NCBI GenBank assembly: GCA_963798485.1
Contig: CAWCTR010000007.1
Location: 64,001-128,000 of the forward strand
Length of the DNA: 64,000 nucleotides
Direction: 5' to 3'
DNA from: an uncultured delta proteobacterium
GTDB taxonomy: Bacteria; Desulfobacterota; Desulfomonilia; UBA1062
Shown: positions 52,936 through 61,709 of the stretch, piece by piece
Numbering within the stretch: position 1 is the first letter of the stretch
How the letters are laid out: every line of letters begins with the position of its first letter
Made by a program: the position numbers and the translations under genes
The notes under the pieces: model-generated
What the model was told of the DNA's origin: nothing
The model's database searches: none
The model's input: the letters and a program-made list of their open reading frames with translations, nothing else

Positions 52936-54432
52936 TCATGAGATCCCATGAGAACCAACATTCAGATGCTCCCCCACTTCAAGCTGGAAAAATTGCGAGG
53001 GGTCAATTCCAAGTTGAGAGAAGTGAATACTCCTCACAATATTCCTTTGTGGTGTTGTTTCATCTATTCCTTGGGCTGCTAAATTAACCGGTTCACCCCG
53101 GGTCTTGCCGCCGTTGCCATCATCAACGATGAGCATAATCAAAGGGAGGCCCTTTTCGGATTCATCCGGGTAGTTCATAACTATACCAACTTCTCCTCCA
53201 TCCAGTTCCACTATTGAGCCGATAGGGTATATCCCCATCATGTTTATAAAGTTCTTCAATAATATCGTATCAAAGCTTCTCCCCTTCTCGCCCCACATTC
53301 GTCTCAAGGCTTCATCAGGGGTGAGCGTGCTTGAATTATCGATCCGCTCCGATGTCAGTGCATCGTAGACATCGGCAATACGAAGGATTTTCCCAAAAAG
53401 ACTCAGTTCCTTCACAAAATGTGTCTTGGGATATCCGGAGAGGTCAGGATTCAGATGGTGTTCGAAGGGGCCGAGAATAATCCTCGACCTCAGGGAATGG
53501 GGTATCTCTAACTTGAGAATTTTTCTCACACTGATAAGGGGGTGTCTCCGTACGATTCCCCTCTCTTCAGTGCTCAGTTCATCTTGTTTAAGAGGGATCT
53601 CGTTAACAGCTTCCAATTTTCCTAAATCATGAAACAGTGCCGAGATCGCAAGGTACTCGAGAGAGACCGGAGACAAACCCACATGTCTTCCCAGGCATGT
53701 GGCAAGTAAAGCAACATTTACCGAATGGATATAGGTATGATCTTCATAGTCTTTCATGGAAGCCAATCTCAACATGAGTGAACTGTCCTCAGAGGCCAGA
53801 TCCACTATCGTCTGGGCCAGACGCCTTGCCTTACGGACCCCGGCATTATCTTTCGATGTCTTCTCGGCCATTTCTTTTACCATACCCAGGGCGAGATAGT
53901 AGGCATGCCGGGCATGTTCTGTGCTTTCTGCCTCTAGATCCTGCTCAGAAGTCTGCCCGAGATTCTGCTGGCTTTCATCTGGTTTTCTGAATATCTCCAC
54001 CCATGAAAATCTATTCTTCTCTAATTGCAGATCAAGCCAGCCGGGGGGATCCTCATGTTTGACGGATTCATCGAGGAGTCGTATGAACAATACAAGGTTT
54101 TCGGGTAAAGCTGTTTTTATGCCGGGAAGGAAACACAAACCCCCGAGTTCCCGTTTAGAAAAAAATCCCAGCATCTCGTTGATGATGTGGAATGTCTCTC
54201 TTTGATAAACAAGCTTCTCACCTTGTAAGTGGAATCTTCCTCGCCAGATCTGGATGGCCAGTTCTTCGTTCTCAGAGAGCTCTGAAACAATGGCATTGAG
54301 ATTGGTGACACAATCCTTGACCAGTTGATTGTTATCCTTATGAATCCTTACGGTACTGATAAAATGATAGAAGGTCTTGAGTAAATTACCTCCCAACAGC
54401 TCATGGTGCGTCTTCTGATCAGACAAGGTCAT
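52936..54432 (-). CDS. HD-GYP domain protein
   Basis: HSVNV, HDLGK, EHH...SGYP, IADVYDALT. Confidence 0.9.
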   Translation of the reverse strand: MTLSDQKTHHELLGGNLLKTFYHFISTVRIHKDNNQLVKDCVTNLNAIVSELSENEELAIQIWRGRFHLQGEKLVYQRETFHIINEMLGFFSKRELGGLCFLPGIKTALPENLVLFIRLLDESVKHEDPPGWLDLQLEKNRFSWVEIFRKPDESQQNLGQTSEQDLEAESTEHARHAYYLALGMVKEMAEKTSKDNAGVRKARRLAQTIVDLASEDSSLMLRLASMKDYEDHTYIHSVNVALLATCLGRHVGLSPVSLEYLAISALFHDLGKLEAVNEIPLKQDELSTEERGIVRRHPLISVRKILKLEIPHSLRSRIILGPFEHHLNPDLSGYPKTHFVKELSLFGKILRIADVYDALTSERIDNSSTLTPDEALRRMWGEKGRSFDTILLKNFINMMGIYPIGSIVELDGGEVGIVMNYPDESEKGLPLIMLIVDDGNGGKTRGEPVNLAAQGIDETTPQRNIVRSIHFSQLGIDPSQFFQLEVGEHLNVGSHGIS

Positions 54433-54438
54433 TCTCCA

Positions 54439-56115
54439 TCAGTCTATGACTTTTCGGGCTATACGCCTGAGGCTTGGGTAAAAACTTCTGCCGGCATCTT
54501 CCAATACCTGACGAGCTTCCTTTGTTCCGATTTTGCTCAGTGCAATAGCAGCACCCATCCGATGCGCCGTATTCCCGAAGGATGACAACCATCCGGTTCC
54601 GAACAGGGTCCGCCGGAGAAAAGGGATGGAACGCGAAGAACCACATAGCCCAAGGGCCGTGAAGCAAGCTATTACATGATCGTCATGAGTTTTTTTGGAT
54701 ATTTGGTTTTCAAGGTATTTCAGAAGGAATCTTTCGGCAGCCGGGTTACGTGACTGACCCATATGTTTCAGAATCAGACGGCGGATAGACTCGTCTTTGT
54801 CATCAATGAGGTTAAAGACTTCATTAATATGTGCAGGGTCTCGCTGGAATATTCCCTTTAATGCCTCTTGGCGTATACGTTCTGATGAATGGCGAACGAG
54901 ACTCATGAAAACTTTTAAGGGCCGTTCTCCCTTCAGAGAGGCTAACACGCGGATGAGGCTTTGCACCAGCTTTTCATCAGGGCTTTTGAGCAGGGTCTCC
55001 AGGGGGCGCATATCTCGAGAAGCCAGTGAGATCATCGCCTCCAGGAGCAGTTGTTGAAGCTGTACGGATTGATTCTGCTGTAACATGAGGCCAAGGGTAC
55101 GAATGGCCTCTGGTTGAAGAAACTTGAAAATCTGTTTGATTTTTTCGAACCGGCTTGCATCAATGTTCGACCAATATTCTTTTAAAGGGTCAAGTGATTG
55201 CGGACTGGAGATGGTAAGGAAAAAGTTCTCAATAAATTGAACGGCTTTAGGAACTATTTCCGCCTTACACGTATCGAGTGCATACTGCAAATTCTCCAGG
55301 ATCTCGATTGTAGCGTTGAAGTCTCCTCGAGCTAGTGAGCCTTTGAACTCATCCTCCAGCACATTGAGGATAACCTCGAAATTCTCTTGTTCTCTATACT
55401 GGAGAAGACTATCGAACAATGCATTTAAATAAGCTGTCGAGGTCCTGGCTTCCTCAATACGAACCATTGTCTGCATCATAGCCTTTTCTTGCTGGGTAAG
55501 CGCAACCGAGGCTTGATCTATCGGGGGGTCGGTCTGAGGTGTCCAATCGGCAGACAAGTTCCTTTGAGGCACTACACGACCTTTACTTCCCGAATCGAGG
55601 GAAGGGGTATTGGTTGCTTCTTGATCGACTCCCCAAGAGAAATCCGCTACTTCGTATTTCACATGCCGGAACCTGGTTTCCCAAAAAACGGTTACGATAT
55701 CGCTGTCTGATTTATCTGATAATATACTATATTTGTTAATAATACTTATGAATTTTTTTACTTCTTCAGCGTCTATCCCGTCTGTAAATTCAAGCCATCT
55801 GATCCCGTCACGAAAAAGGGTGAATGAAAGCGTCCCTTCTTCAGGGGGCTCAGAAAGGATTACCTCACCTTGGGAAACGATCTGATCCTTTTCTATCTCG
55901 AACCTCAGGTTGCCATAGTTACGGAGATATGTCTCGATTTGTATATGGAGATGTTCTAATGCATTCACACAGATCGTGTGATCTTCAGGGTATAACGAGT
56001 AGTGTTTCCTTGTGAGAAGCAGGCTTGTCAGCACTTTTTTTGCATCCCCCGACTTCTCGACAACAGGGCCGGTGCCCGCTGTTTTCAATTGTCTTTCTTC
56101 GATATTTGCCACCAA
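54439..56115 (-). CDS. HEAT-repeat protein
   Basis: C-terminal helical repeats (IRQEAL, ALGLCG...IPFL, AAIALSKIGT). Confidence 0.82.
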   Translation of the reverse strand: MVANIEERQLKTAGTGPVVEKSGDAKKVLTSLLLTRKHYSLYPEDHTICVNALEHLHIQIETYLRNYGNLRFEIEKDQIVSQGEVILSEPPEEGTLSFTLFRDGIRWLEFTDGIDAEEVKKFISIINKYSILSDKSDSDIVTVFWETRFRHVKYEVADFSWGVDQEATNTPSLDSGSKGRVVPQRNLSADWTPQTDPPIDQASVALTQQEKAMMQTMVRIEEARTSTAYLNALFDSLLQYREQENFEVILNVLEDEFKGSLARGDFNATIEILENLQYALDTCKAEIVPKAVQFIENFFLTISSPQSLDPLKEYWSNIDASRFEKIKQIFKFLQPEAIRTLGLMLQQNQSVQLQQLLLEAMISLASRDMRPLETLLKSPDEKLVQSLIRVLASLKGERPLKVFMSLVRHSSERIRQEALKGIFQRDPAHINEVFNLIDDKDESIRRLILKHMGQSRNPAAERFLLKYLENQISKKTHDDHVIACFTALGLCGSSRSIPFLRRTLFGTGWLSSFGNTAHRMGAAIALSKIGTKEARQVLEDAGRSFYPSLRRIARKVID

Positions 56116-56176
56116 TCCGTCCCTCTCAAGTATTGCCCGGCCTTTTACTTCTCGTCATGATCTTTCCTCACATACT

Positions 56177-56425
56177 ATGTATCGGAATATGCCCACCCAG
56201 ACTATAAAGGGAATAGGATCGGAATTAATCTCATCACTGTTCAACATTCAAGGCCAGGGAGGAACAGGGTCGGATAATTCTATTTACAATTTACTGAGTA
56301 GTAACCAGGGATCGAGTGCTTCAAACAATTCCCTATACAATCTCTTGCTGTCTGATGAGAACACAAGCACTGAGAATTCGGCCTCCCAAACCACTCCCGG
56401 AACACAGGTGGATCAGACAGTATAA
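56177..56425 (+). CDS. Small Ser/Asn-rich hypothetical protein
   Basis: NS(I/L)YNLL twice; ends GTQVDQTV; start uncertain, no clear ribosome site. Confidence 0.45.
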   Translation: MYRNMPTQTIKGIGSELISSLFNIQGQGGTGSDNSIYNLLSSNQGSSASNNSLYNLLLSDENTSTENSASQTTPGTQVDQTV

Positions 56426-56557
56426 GTATCTCCTACCGAATCCAGCGTCTTTGTAGACAAATTCCATGCTTCATCCGTCTTACCGAATATTACAGCTTTA
56501 TTAAGGGCATATATGGAGTCAATCAAGTTAAAACACTACTTAAAGGAGGATATCAGT

Positions 56558-58450
56558 ATGAAAGAGAGACTATTTACAGCATGGAAGGGAATTGCTTTCA
56601 TCCTGTTTTTGTCCTTGATCTTTATCATACAGGGGTGCGGAAGCAGTGGCGGGGGATCGAGCTCAGGAAGTGATGCTTCTTCAAGTTCAGGCCAGGCCCT
56701 GATCGGCCTTACCGATGCCGCAGGGGATTTCGTGACCTATCAAGTGGATGTAACCTCTCTCACTCTGACCAAAGCCAATGGCGCCGTGGTCGAGACGCTG
56801 CCTCTGAAAACCAGCGTGGACTTCACCCAGCTTACGGACATGACGGAATTTTTAACCGCAGGTACGGTACCGGTCGGTAACTATACCAGTGCCGTCCTCA
56901 CGTTGGACTATTCAAACGCTATCATCAGTGTGGAGAACTCATCAGGAGTTGCCGTACAAGTCCCGGCTTCGAATATCCTTGACGAAGACGGCAACCCTAT
57001 CACACAGCCGGTCCAGGTCTCGGTGAATCTGGATGTATCTTCCCTCACCATCGCCCCGGGGGTGCCGGCACATCTCTCTCTCGACTTTGACCTTGGAGCA
57101 ACGAACATCGTGACCTTTGCTGCGGATGGAACACCCTCGGTGACGGTAACCCCGATTCTCAAGGCCGATCTTCAGCCAAGCGCAGACAAAATCCAGCGCC
57201 TGAGAGGCGCGTTACAGAATGTGAATGTAGCAGACAGCTCCTTCGATATTATCCTTCGTCCTTTTGCCCAAGACCTCGCGGTGCATGAAACGAGCTTTGG
57301 GGTAGTGAAGGTCACTGTCGATAGCAACACCGCTTTCAATATCGACGGGGTAACCTACACCACCGGCGGACTCCAAACACTTGCTGATCCTAAATATGTA
57401 TACTCGGGGGTCATTGCCCACGGTCAGTTCTCAACAACGCCGCAGCTCCACTTTGTCGCCACAGAGGTCCTTGCCGGCACAAGCGTACCGGGCGGCACCA
57501 TGGATGTAGCGAAAGGGACCGTGCTCAGCCGCTCTGGTGACGTGATTATACTCAAGGGTGCAACCATCATAAGGGCAGGTGGTAGCGTTGTGTATAATGA
57601 TAAGGTACAAGTAACATTAGGTAGTGGTACCAAGGTCAGTAAGCAGTTGTCTAAAGACAATACCCTCACAAAAGACGACATCTCGGTGGGCCAGTGTATA
57701 ATGGTATTCGGGGCACTTACGGGTACCGGTACCGGCAACCTCCAGCTTGATGCGAGAAGCGGTTATGCGCGCATGCTCCTGACCGTACTTATCGGAAGCG
57801 TGAAAACCGCTGACAGTGGAGGGGGGCTGGGAATGATCCTTCAGGCAATCGATTGGCGGAACATATCGCTGTTCGATTTCACCGGTACGGGCATTGATGC
57901 GGCCCATGATGCTGTCCAAACCAATTATATTGTGGACACAGGCACCCTGGACACCTCTGCCCTTATCACAACGACACCGATCAAGGTAAGGGGGTTTGTG
58001 AACCCGTTCGGAACAGCAAATCCCCCAACAGTCCCTGACTTTGAGGCACAGACCATTGTTGATGTCTCTGATGTGGTTGGCCTGATGAACGTGGGCTGGG
58101 GAGCAGGGAAGAAAGATGCATTCGGAGGTATTACCGGATCAGGCCTCTCATTAAATCTTGTGGATTCCGGGTTCTTCCATCGCATGAACAGGGTGGGGGT
58201 GATAACGGATCTGGATTCACTGTCAGTCACAACCCCGGAGATTGTTCCCACGGGAAACAGCACCGACCGGTTCCGCATCGACCAGGGCAGTGTCTCCCAG
58301 CTTTACACCTCATTCTCAAGCTTTGAGACCGATCTCCAAAAAAAGATAACCGCAGGTGCCAAGGTAAAGCACATCTATGCCTGGGGCACATTCAATAACA
58401 CCACCTCAACCCTGACTTCAGGGTATGTTATCGTGAACCTCAGCAGTTAG
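56558..58450 (+). CDS. Large beta-rich lipoprotein (DUF4382-like N-terminus)
   Basis: AAGGAGG site, lipobox IQGC, Ser/Gly linker, LTDAAGDF..Y.VDV. Confidence 0.8.
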   Translation: MKERLFTAWKGIAFILFLSLIFIIQGCGSSGGGSSSGSDASSSSGQALIGLTDAAGDFVTYQVDVTSLTLTKANGAVVETLPLKTSVDFTQLTDMTEFLTAGTVPVGNYTSAVLTLDYSNAIISVENSSGVAVQVPASNILDEDGNPITQPVQVSVNLDVSSLTIAPGVPAHLSLDFDLGATNIVTFAADGTPSVTVTPILKADLQPSADKIQRLRGALQNVNVADSSFDIILRPFAQDLAVHETSFGVVKVTVDSNTAFNIDGVTYTTGGLQTLADPKYVYSGVIAHGQFSTTPQLHFVATEVLAGTSVPGGTMDVAKGTVLSRSGDVIILKGATIIRAGGSVVYNDKVQVTLGSGTKVSKQLSKDNTLTKDDISVGQCIMVFGALTGTGTGNLQLDARSGYARMLLTVLIGSVKTADSGGGLGMILQAIDWRNISLFDFTGTGIDAAHDAVQTNYIVDTGTLDTSALITTTPIKVRGFVNPFGTANPPTVPDFEAQTIVDVSDVVGLMNVGWGAGKKDAFGGITGSGLSLNLVDSGFFHRMNRVGVITDLDSLSVTTPEIVPTGNSTDRFRIDQGSVSQLYTSFSSFETDLQKKITAGAKVKHIYAWGTFNNTTSTLTSGYVIVNLSS

Positions 58451-58462
58451 TCTCAATCATGA

Positions 58463-58491
58463 ACGGGGCGTGCTTTAAATACACGCCCCGT
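58463..58491 (+). terminator. GC-rich hairpin after the lipoprotein gene
   Basis: ACGGGGCGTG-loop-CACGCCCCGT; weak T tract. Confidence 0.55.
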
Positions 58492-58572
58492 ATCCTGAAA
58501 AAAGCAATGCTTGACCCTGCGGCCTTCCAGGGATAAACCATTACACTTATTGGATCTGTGGAGGTAAAGGGG

Positions 58573-59073
58573 ATGAACGGGAAAAGGGTAAATGAAAGCA
58601 TGGTGTTGATGGCCCAGCTGATGACCCCTGAAGACGCCAATCCGGCAGGGAATGTCCACGGCGGGGTGATAATGAAACTCATCGATAATGCCGGAGGCAC
58701 GGTTGCTGCCAGGCATGCCCGAAACAATGTGGTCACAGCATCCATCGACCGTCTGAGTTTTCACAAACCGGTCTATATAGGGAACCTCATTACACTCAAG
58801 GCCAGCTTAAACATGGCCGGTACAACCTCCATGGAGGTGGGCGTGCGTGTAGAGGCTGAAAATCTTCTTACAGGAGAGGTGTGGCATACGGCATCGGCCT
58901 ACCTTACCTATGTTGCCCTGGATTCCAACTCGAAACCCATGAGGATTCCACCCCTGATCGTGGAGAACAATGAGCAGTCCCGGCGTTACCAGGAGGCCAA
59001 TGCGCGCAGAGAACTAAGGCAACTCGAAAAAAAGCGTGAGGCCGTTCGCCAGAAGGACGAGGGAAAGGGATGA
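58573..59073 (+). CDS. Acyl-CoA thioesterase (hotdog fold, YciA-like)
   Basis: DANPAGNVHGG..MKLID, VVTASID, TSMEVGV. Confidence 0.93.
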   Translation: MNGKRVNESMVLMAQLMTPEDANPAGNVHGGVIMKLIDNAGGTVAARHARNNVVTASIDRLSFHKPVYIGNLITLKASLNMAGTTSMEVGVRVEAENLLTGEVWHTASAYLTYVALDSNSKPMRIPPLIVENNEQSRRYQEANARRELRQLEKKREAVRQKDEGKG

Positions 59074-59180
59074 AGGTCGGGCCACAGTCTTTCATGGGAA
59101 GTCGAGGAGACCGGATTCTGCCGCTTTCTCCTTATTCTGAATATGTTCGGTTAGACCAACCTATCTTGATCCCGCAAGCC

Positions 59181-59759
59181 TTAGTCCGGCAATCCTGCAT
59201 CGACCTCATCACGCAACTTCTTCAAGTTCACTGCGAGCATGCGCGTCCACTCTCCCTCGCCGATCAGGCCACGATTCGAAGAAATCAGGTCCTCGAAGGT
59301 CACCTTTTCACTCTGCTCCTTTTTTAGGAGCTTGGCTCCCACAACAGACAAGGTCATGGTCGGTGTCAACAGCTTTACTTCAGGGAACTTCGGATCATCG
59401 TGAAACACGATGCAGAGGATATCCCCGGCCTCCATCAAGCTCTCTTCAGAAGCAGCTTCTTCTTCAGATTTTTCAATGGGGCGACCCTTATCATCGCCCA
59501 GAATGAAATATCTCCGGGGGACAGCGTAAACCTGAGACAGCGATGCCGCGTATGATCTCGATATTCCCAAGTCCAGCAACCGCCTGAACAGTTCAACAGC
59601 GTAGACATCGCCGCGCGTAAAGATGCCCCGGCTACCCTGGCCTTTGGCCGGGGTGTTCGGCGTGACAAACCCAAGCCTTATCCATTGGCGCAGCCTCTCG
59701 GGCTCAATATTCAACGCCTTGGCGACATGGCTTGATGAAAATTCATTGCGCTTATCCAT
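59181..59759 (-). CDS. MerR-like HTH protein
   Basis: FS...VAKALNI...RLRQW...GFV.P......GSR..F...D; C-terminal half unrecognised. Confidence 0.75.
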   Translation of the reverse strand: MDKRNEFSSSHVAKALNIEPERLRQWIRLGFVTPNTPAKGQGSRGIFTRGDVYAVELFRRLLDLGISRSYAASLSQVYAVPRRYFILGDDKGRPIEKSEEEAASEESLMEAGDILCIVFHDDPKFPEVKLLTPTMTLSVVGAKLLKKEQSEKVTFEDLISSNRGLIGEGEWTRMLAVNLKKLRDEVDAGLPD

Positions 59760-59770
59760 ATTTCCCTCAT

Positions 59771-59946
59771 GTTACTTTCTTTGCTTGCCCAAAGAAAGTA
59801 ACCAAAGAAAAGGCACCCCGCGAAACAGCCCCTTCGGGGTTCACTGCGGTGCTCGGGAAAATCCTGAAGCAAGCCAACTCGCTTCGCTCAAACATGGGCT
59901 TGCTTCTTTACGGATTTTCCCTGCGCTCCTCGCCTGTTTCGAGGGG
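59771..59946 (+). repeat. ~180-nt multi-hairpin element, copy 1
   Basis: Five nested stems; homologous to the reverse complement of 62912-63095 with compensatory changes. Confidence 0.85.
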
Positions 59947-59979
59947 CCAAAAACCTGAGCAGCAAAAGCAAACCATCAA

Positions 59980-60059
59980 CTATTACTTTGTCCCACGGGC
60001 AAGCCCTTCGGGCTTAGCCCGTGCCACCCACGAATTTTATATATCTCTTCCAGGCCACC
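59980..60059 (+). repeat. ~80-bp hairpin repeat, copy A
   Basis: CACGGGCAAGCCCTTCGGGCTT(A)GCCCGTG core; near-identical to 61121-61198. Confidence 0.9.
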
Positions 60060-60116
60060 TGACCGGTCGGGTTAACCAACATATATAATAGATCAATGTC
60101 TGGCACCGGTCAATAT

Positions 60117-60171
60117 CGTGAACATTCCATAGTATGGAGACCATGGTGCCATCTTCGAGCGCTTGTTCGCC
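60117..60171 (-). other. Degenerate attC site of the toxin-antitoxin cassette
   Basis: R'' GGCGAAC 13 nt after the toxin stop is the exact complement of the cassette's entry R' GTTCGCC; inner arms are decayed and the distal end is uncertain. Confidence 0.5.
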
Positions 60172-60184
60172 AAATCTATTCCGT

Positions 60185-60448
60185 CTATTCGTAATGAGTC
60201 CACATACGGATGACCTTTACTGCATTCATGTCATCCAGAATCTGGTACACCAGCCGGTGCTGGATATTTATCCTTCGGGAACATGCCCCTGATAGGTCTC
60301 CCAACAGTTTCTCATATGGCGGCGGGCTCTGGTAGGGATCTTCTTTGAGGAGCTCGAGCAGGCGTTGGGTTTGAGGTTTCAGGCCGGAGCGTGCGATCTT
60401 CTTAGCGTCTTTCTTGGCCTGTTTGGTGAAAATCAACCGCCAGGTCAC
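60185..60448 (-). CDS. yoeB: Txe/YoeB family toxin
   Basis: P.EKL.GDL.G..SRRINIQHRLVY ... RMWTHYE. Confidence 0.93.
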   Translation of the reverse strand: MTWRLIFTKQAKKDAKKIARSGLKPQTQRLLELLKEDPYQSPPPYEKLLGDLSGACSRRINIQHRLVYQILDDMNAVKVIRMWTHYE

Positions 60449-60687
60449 CAGTCAATATCCTCTTCGCACTCCTCGATAGGGGTCTTAAGTCCCTCCTGGA
60501 TAGATTCGCGCATGCCGGGTATTGATGTGAGGTACAAGGTCTCCTGGATTGCACGCCAGTCTTCTTCAGAAACGAGGACTGCAGAATTCCTCTTCCCCAC
60601 TATTTGAACCGGCTCATGTGATTCTTTTACCTCATCGACAAGGCTATACAGGCGTTTCCTTGCTTGGGTTGCGGTGAGTGTCGGCAT
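60445..60687 (-). CDS. yefM: Phd/YefM family antitoxin
   Basis: AT.AR..LY.LVDEV..SH.PV.I, AVLVSEEDW.AIQETLYL; AGGAGG site; GTGA overlap with the toxin. Confidence 0.93.
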   Translation of the reverse strand: MPTLTATQARKRLYSLVDEVKESHEPVQIVGKRNSAVLVSEEDWRAIQETLYLTSIPGMRESIQEGLKTPIEECEEDIDW

Positions 60688-60705
60688 AGTTCCCAACCTC
60701 CTTTT

Positions 60706-60744
60706 CGTACGTCATATCGTACGCCCAGAGGCGGCTCATGTCAA
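60706..60744 (-). promoter_or_regulatory. TA promoter TTGACA-17-TACGAT with two CGTACG operator cores
   Basis: -35 at 60744-60739, -10 at 60721-60716; palindromes at 60706-11 and 60718-23. Confidence 0.85.
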
Positions 60745-60754
60745 GATCTTTGAA

Positions 60755-60818
60755 GGCGAACGTCATGGATCAGCCGCGTGGGCAATAGCCCGCTCCCGAC
60801 AGGATGGGCTGGTTAGGC
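60755..60818 (-). other. attC integron recombination site
   Basis: GCCTAAC...ATCCTGTCG..GGGC-tatt-GCCC..CGGCTGAT...GTTCGCC, 64 bp, starting 10 nt after a stop codon. Confidence 0.75.
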
Positions 60819-60828
60819 ATAAACGTCT

Positions 60829-61080
60829 TCATTCATTAATCGCACCTGACCTTATTTTTCCGATGGTTAGTGGCTTTTGATAATATCTTTCTTTATTCTT
60901 AATACAAATTAGGCCGAAGCCTCTGCCTTTTGTGCCCATCAGACTTAATCGCCTTAATTCATTTATTGACCCTGAAACTATTATTCTATTTTCATAACAA
61001 TTCAATATCAATCATATCTATTAATAAATTGGTTTTATCTGGGAATAAGATTAATCTTCCAAAACACATCCTCTGATCAA
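60829..61080 (-). pseudogene. AT-rich 3' remnant of a cassette gene
   Basis: Short ORF ends just before the attC; 5' part is missing at the repeat cluster. Confidence 0.45.
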
Positions 61081-61120
61081 GTTAACCAATAAATAGAAAC
61101 GTTCCTTTTTCTCTTTTTAC

Positions 61121-61198
61121 CTATTACTTCGTCCCACGGGCAAGCCCTTCGGGCTTCGCCCGTGCCACCCAGGGATTTTGTATCTTATCCAAGCCACC
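61121..61198 (+). repeat. ~80-bp hairpin repeat, copy B
   Basis: Direct repeat of 59980-60059. Confidence 0.9.
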
Positions 61199-61201
61199 CG
61201 C

Positions 61202-61620
61202 GCGAGGGGCGAGTTCTTGCATCTTTTCAGGATGCTTAGCGAGGTATACGGTAAGCTCTTCGTTTACACTTGAGAAATCGGTAATGAGTGAAGGGGCTAT
61301 CGCTTCCTCATGGCGACTTTACATTAGCGGGAAGATATCGGCGAGTGGTACGTACTTCGTGTATCCTTGCGCGTCATGTTGATTAGTGTAGGGATAGTAA
61401 ACGATCCCCTTGGCTTTCTTATGCCTTTGGCGTGGCGCTCATTCTCGTCTTGTGATCAGCGCACAGAAACGGGCATGTGAAGTTCCTGTTCAAAGAATTC
61501 GTGCTTGTCGTGCAGGTAATAGTCATAGAGATACACCTCATACTCCGGTCTTTGTCCACATCTAAGAACAGTGCACAACGTATCTGTTTGGTATTGTATA
61601 TATCTCTTCGGAACCCTCAT
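61202..61620 (-). pseudogene. Decayed, 3'-truncated cassette gene; probably the N-terminal part of an Mrr-like restriction endonuclease
   Basis: Manual translation shows frameshifts and an in-frame TAA, ending VNEELTVYLAKHPEKMQELAPR, which resembles the segment preceding the xFE motif of Mrr-type domains. Confidence 0.55.
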
Positions 61621-61630
61621 TCTGTAATCA

Positions 61631-61695
61631 TGCGAACACTCCACATCACCGGGAGGCCAGCTTTATGGCCGATGCGGTGCATGCAGTGGTTATAG
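61631..61695 (-). other. attC integron recombination site
   Basis: CTATAAC...ATGCACCG..GGCCA-taaagc-TGGCC..CGGTGAT...GTTCGCA, 65 bp, with an extrahelical base in L''; 14 nt after a stop codon. Confidence 0.82.
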
Positions 61696-61709
61696 AAATC
61701 ATTCGTCGT

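Noticed and set aside
59623-60088. ORFs 59623-59958 and 59732-60088, and likewise 62583-63101, 62825-63046 and 63043-63255
   Set aside because: Translations of the structured repeats; conservation follows base pairing, not codons
59980-61198. CRISPR array
   Set aside because: Only two long repeats 1.1 kb apart, no regular spacers and no cas genes
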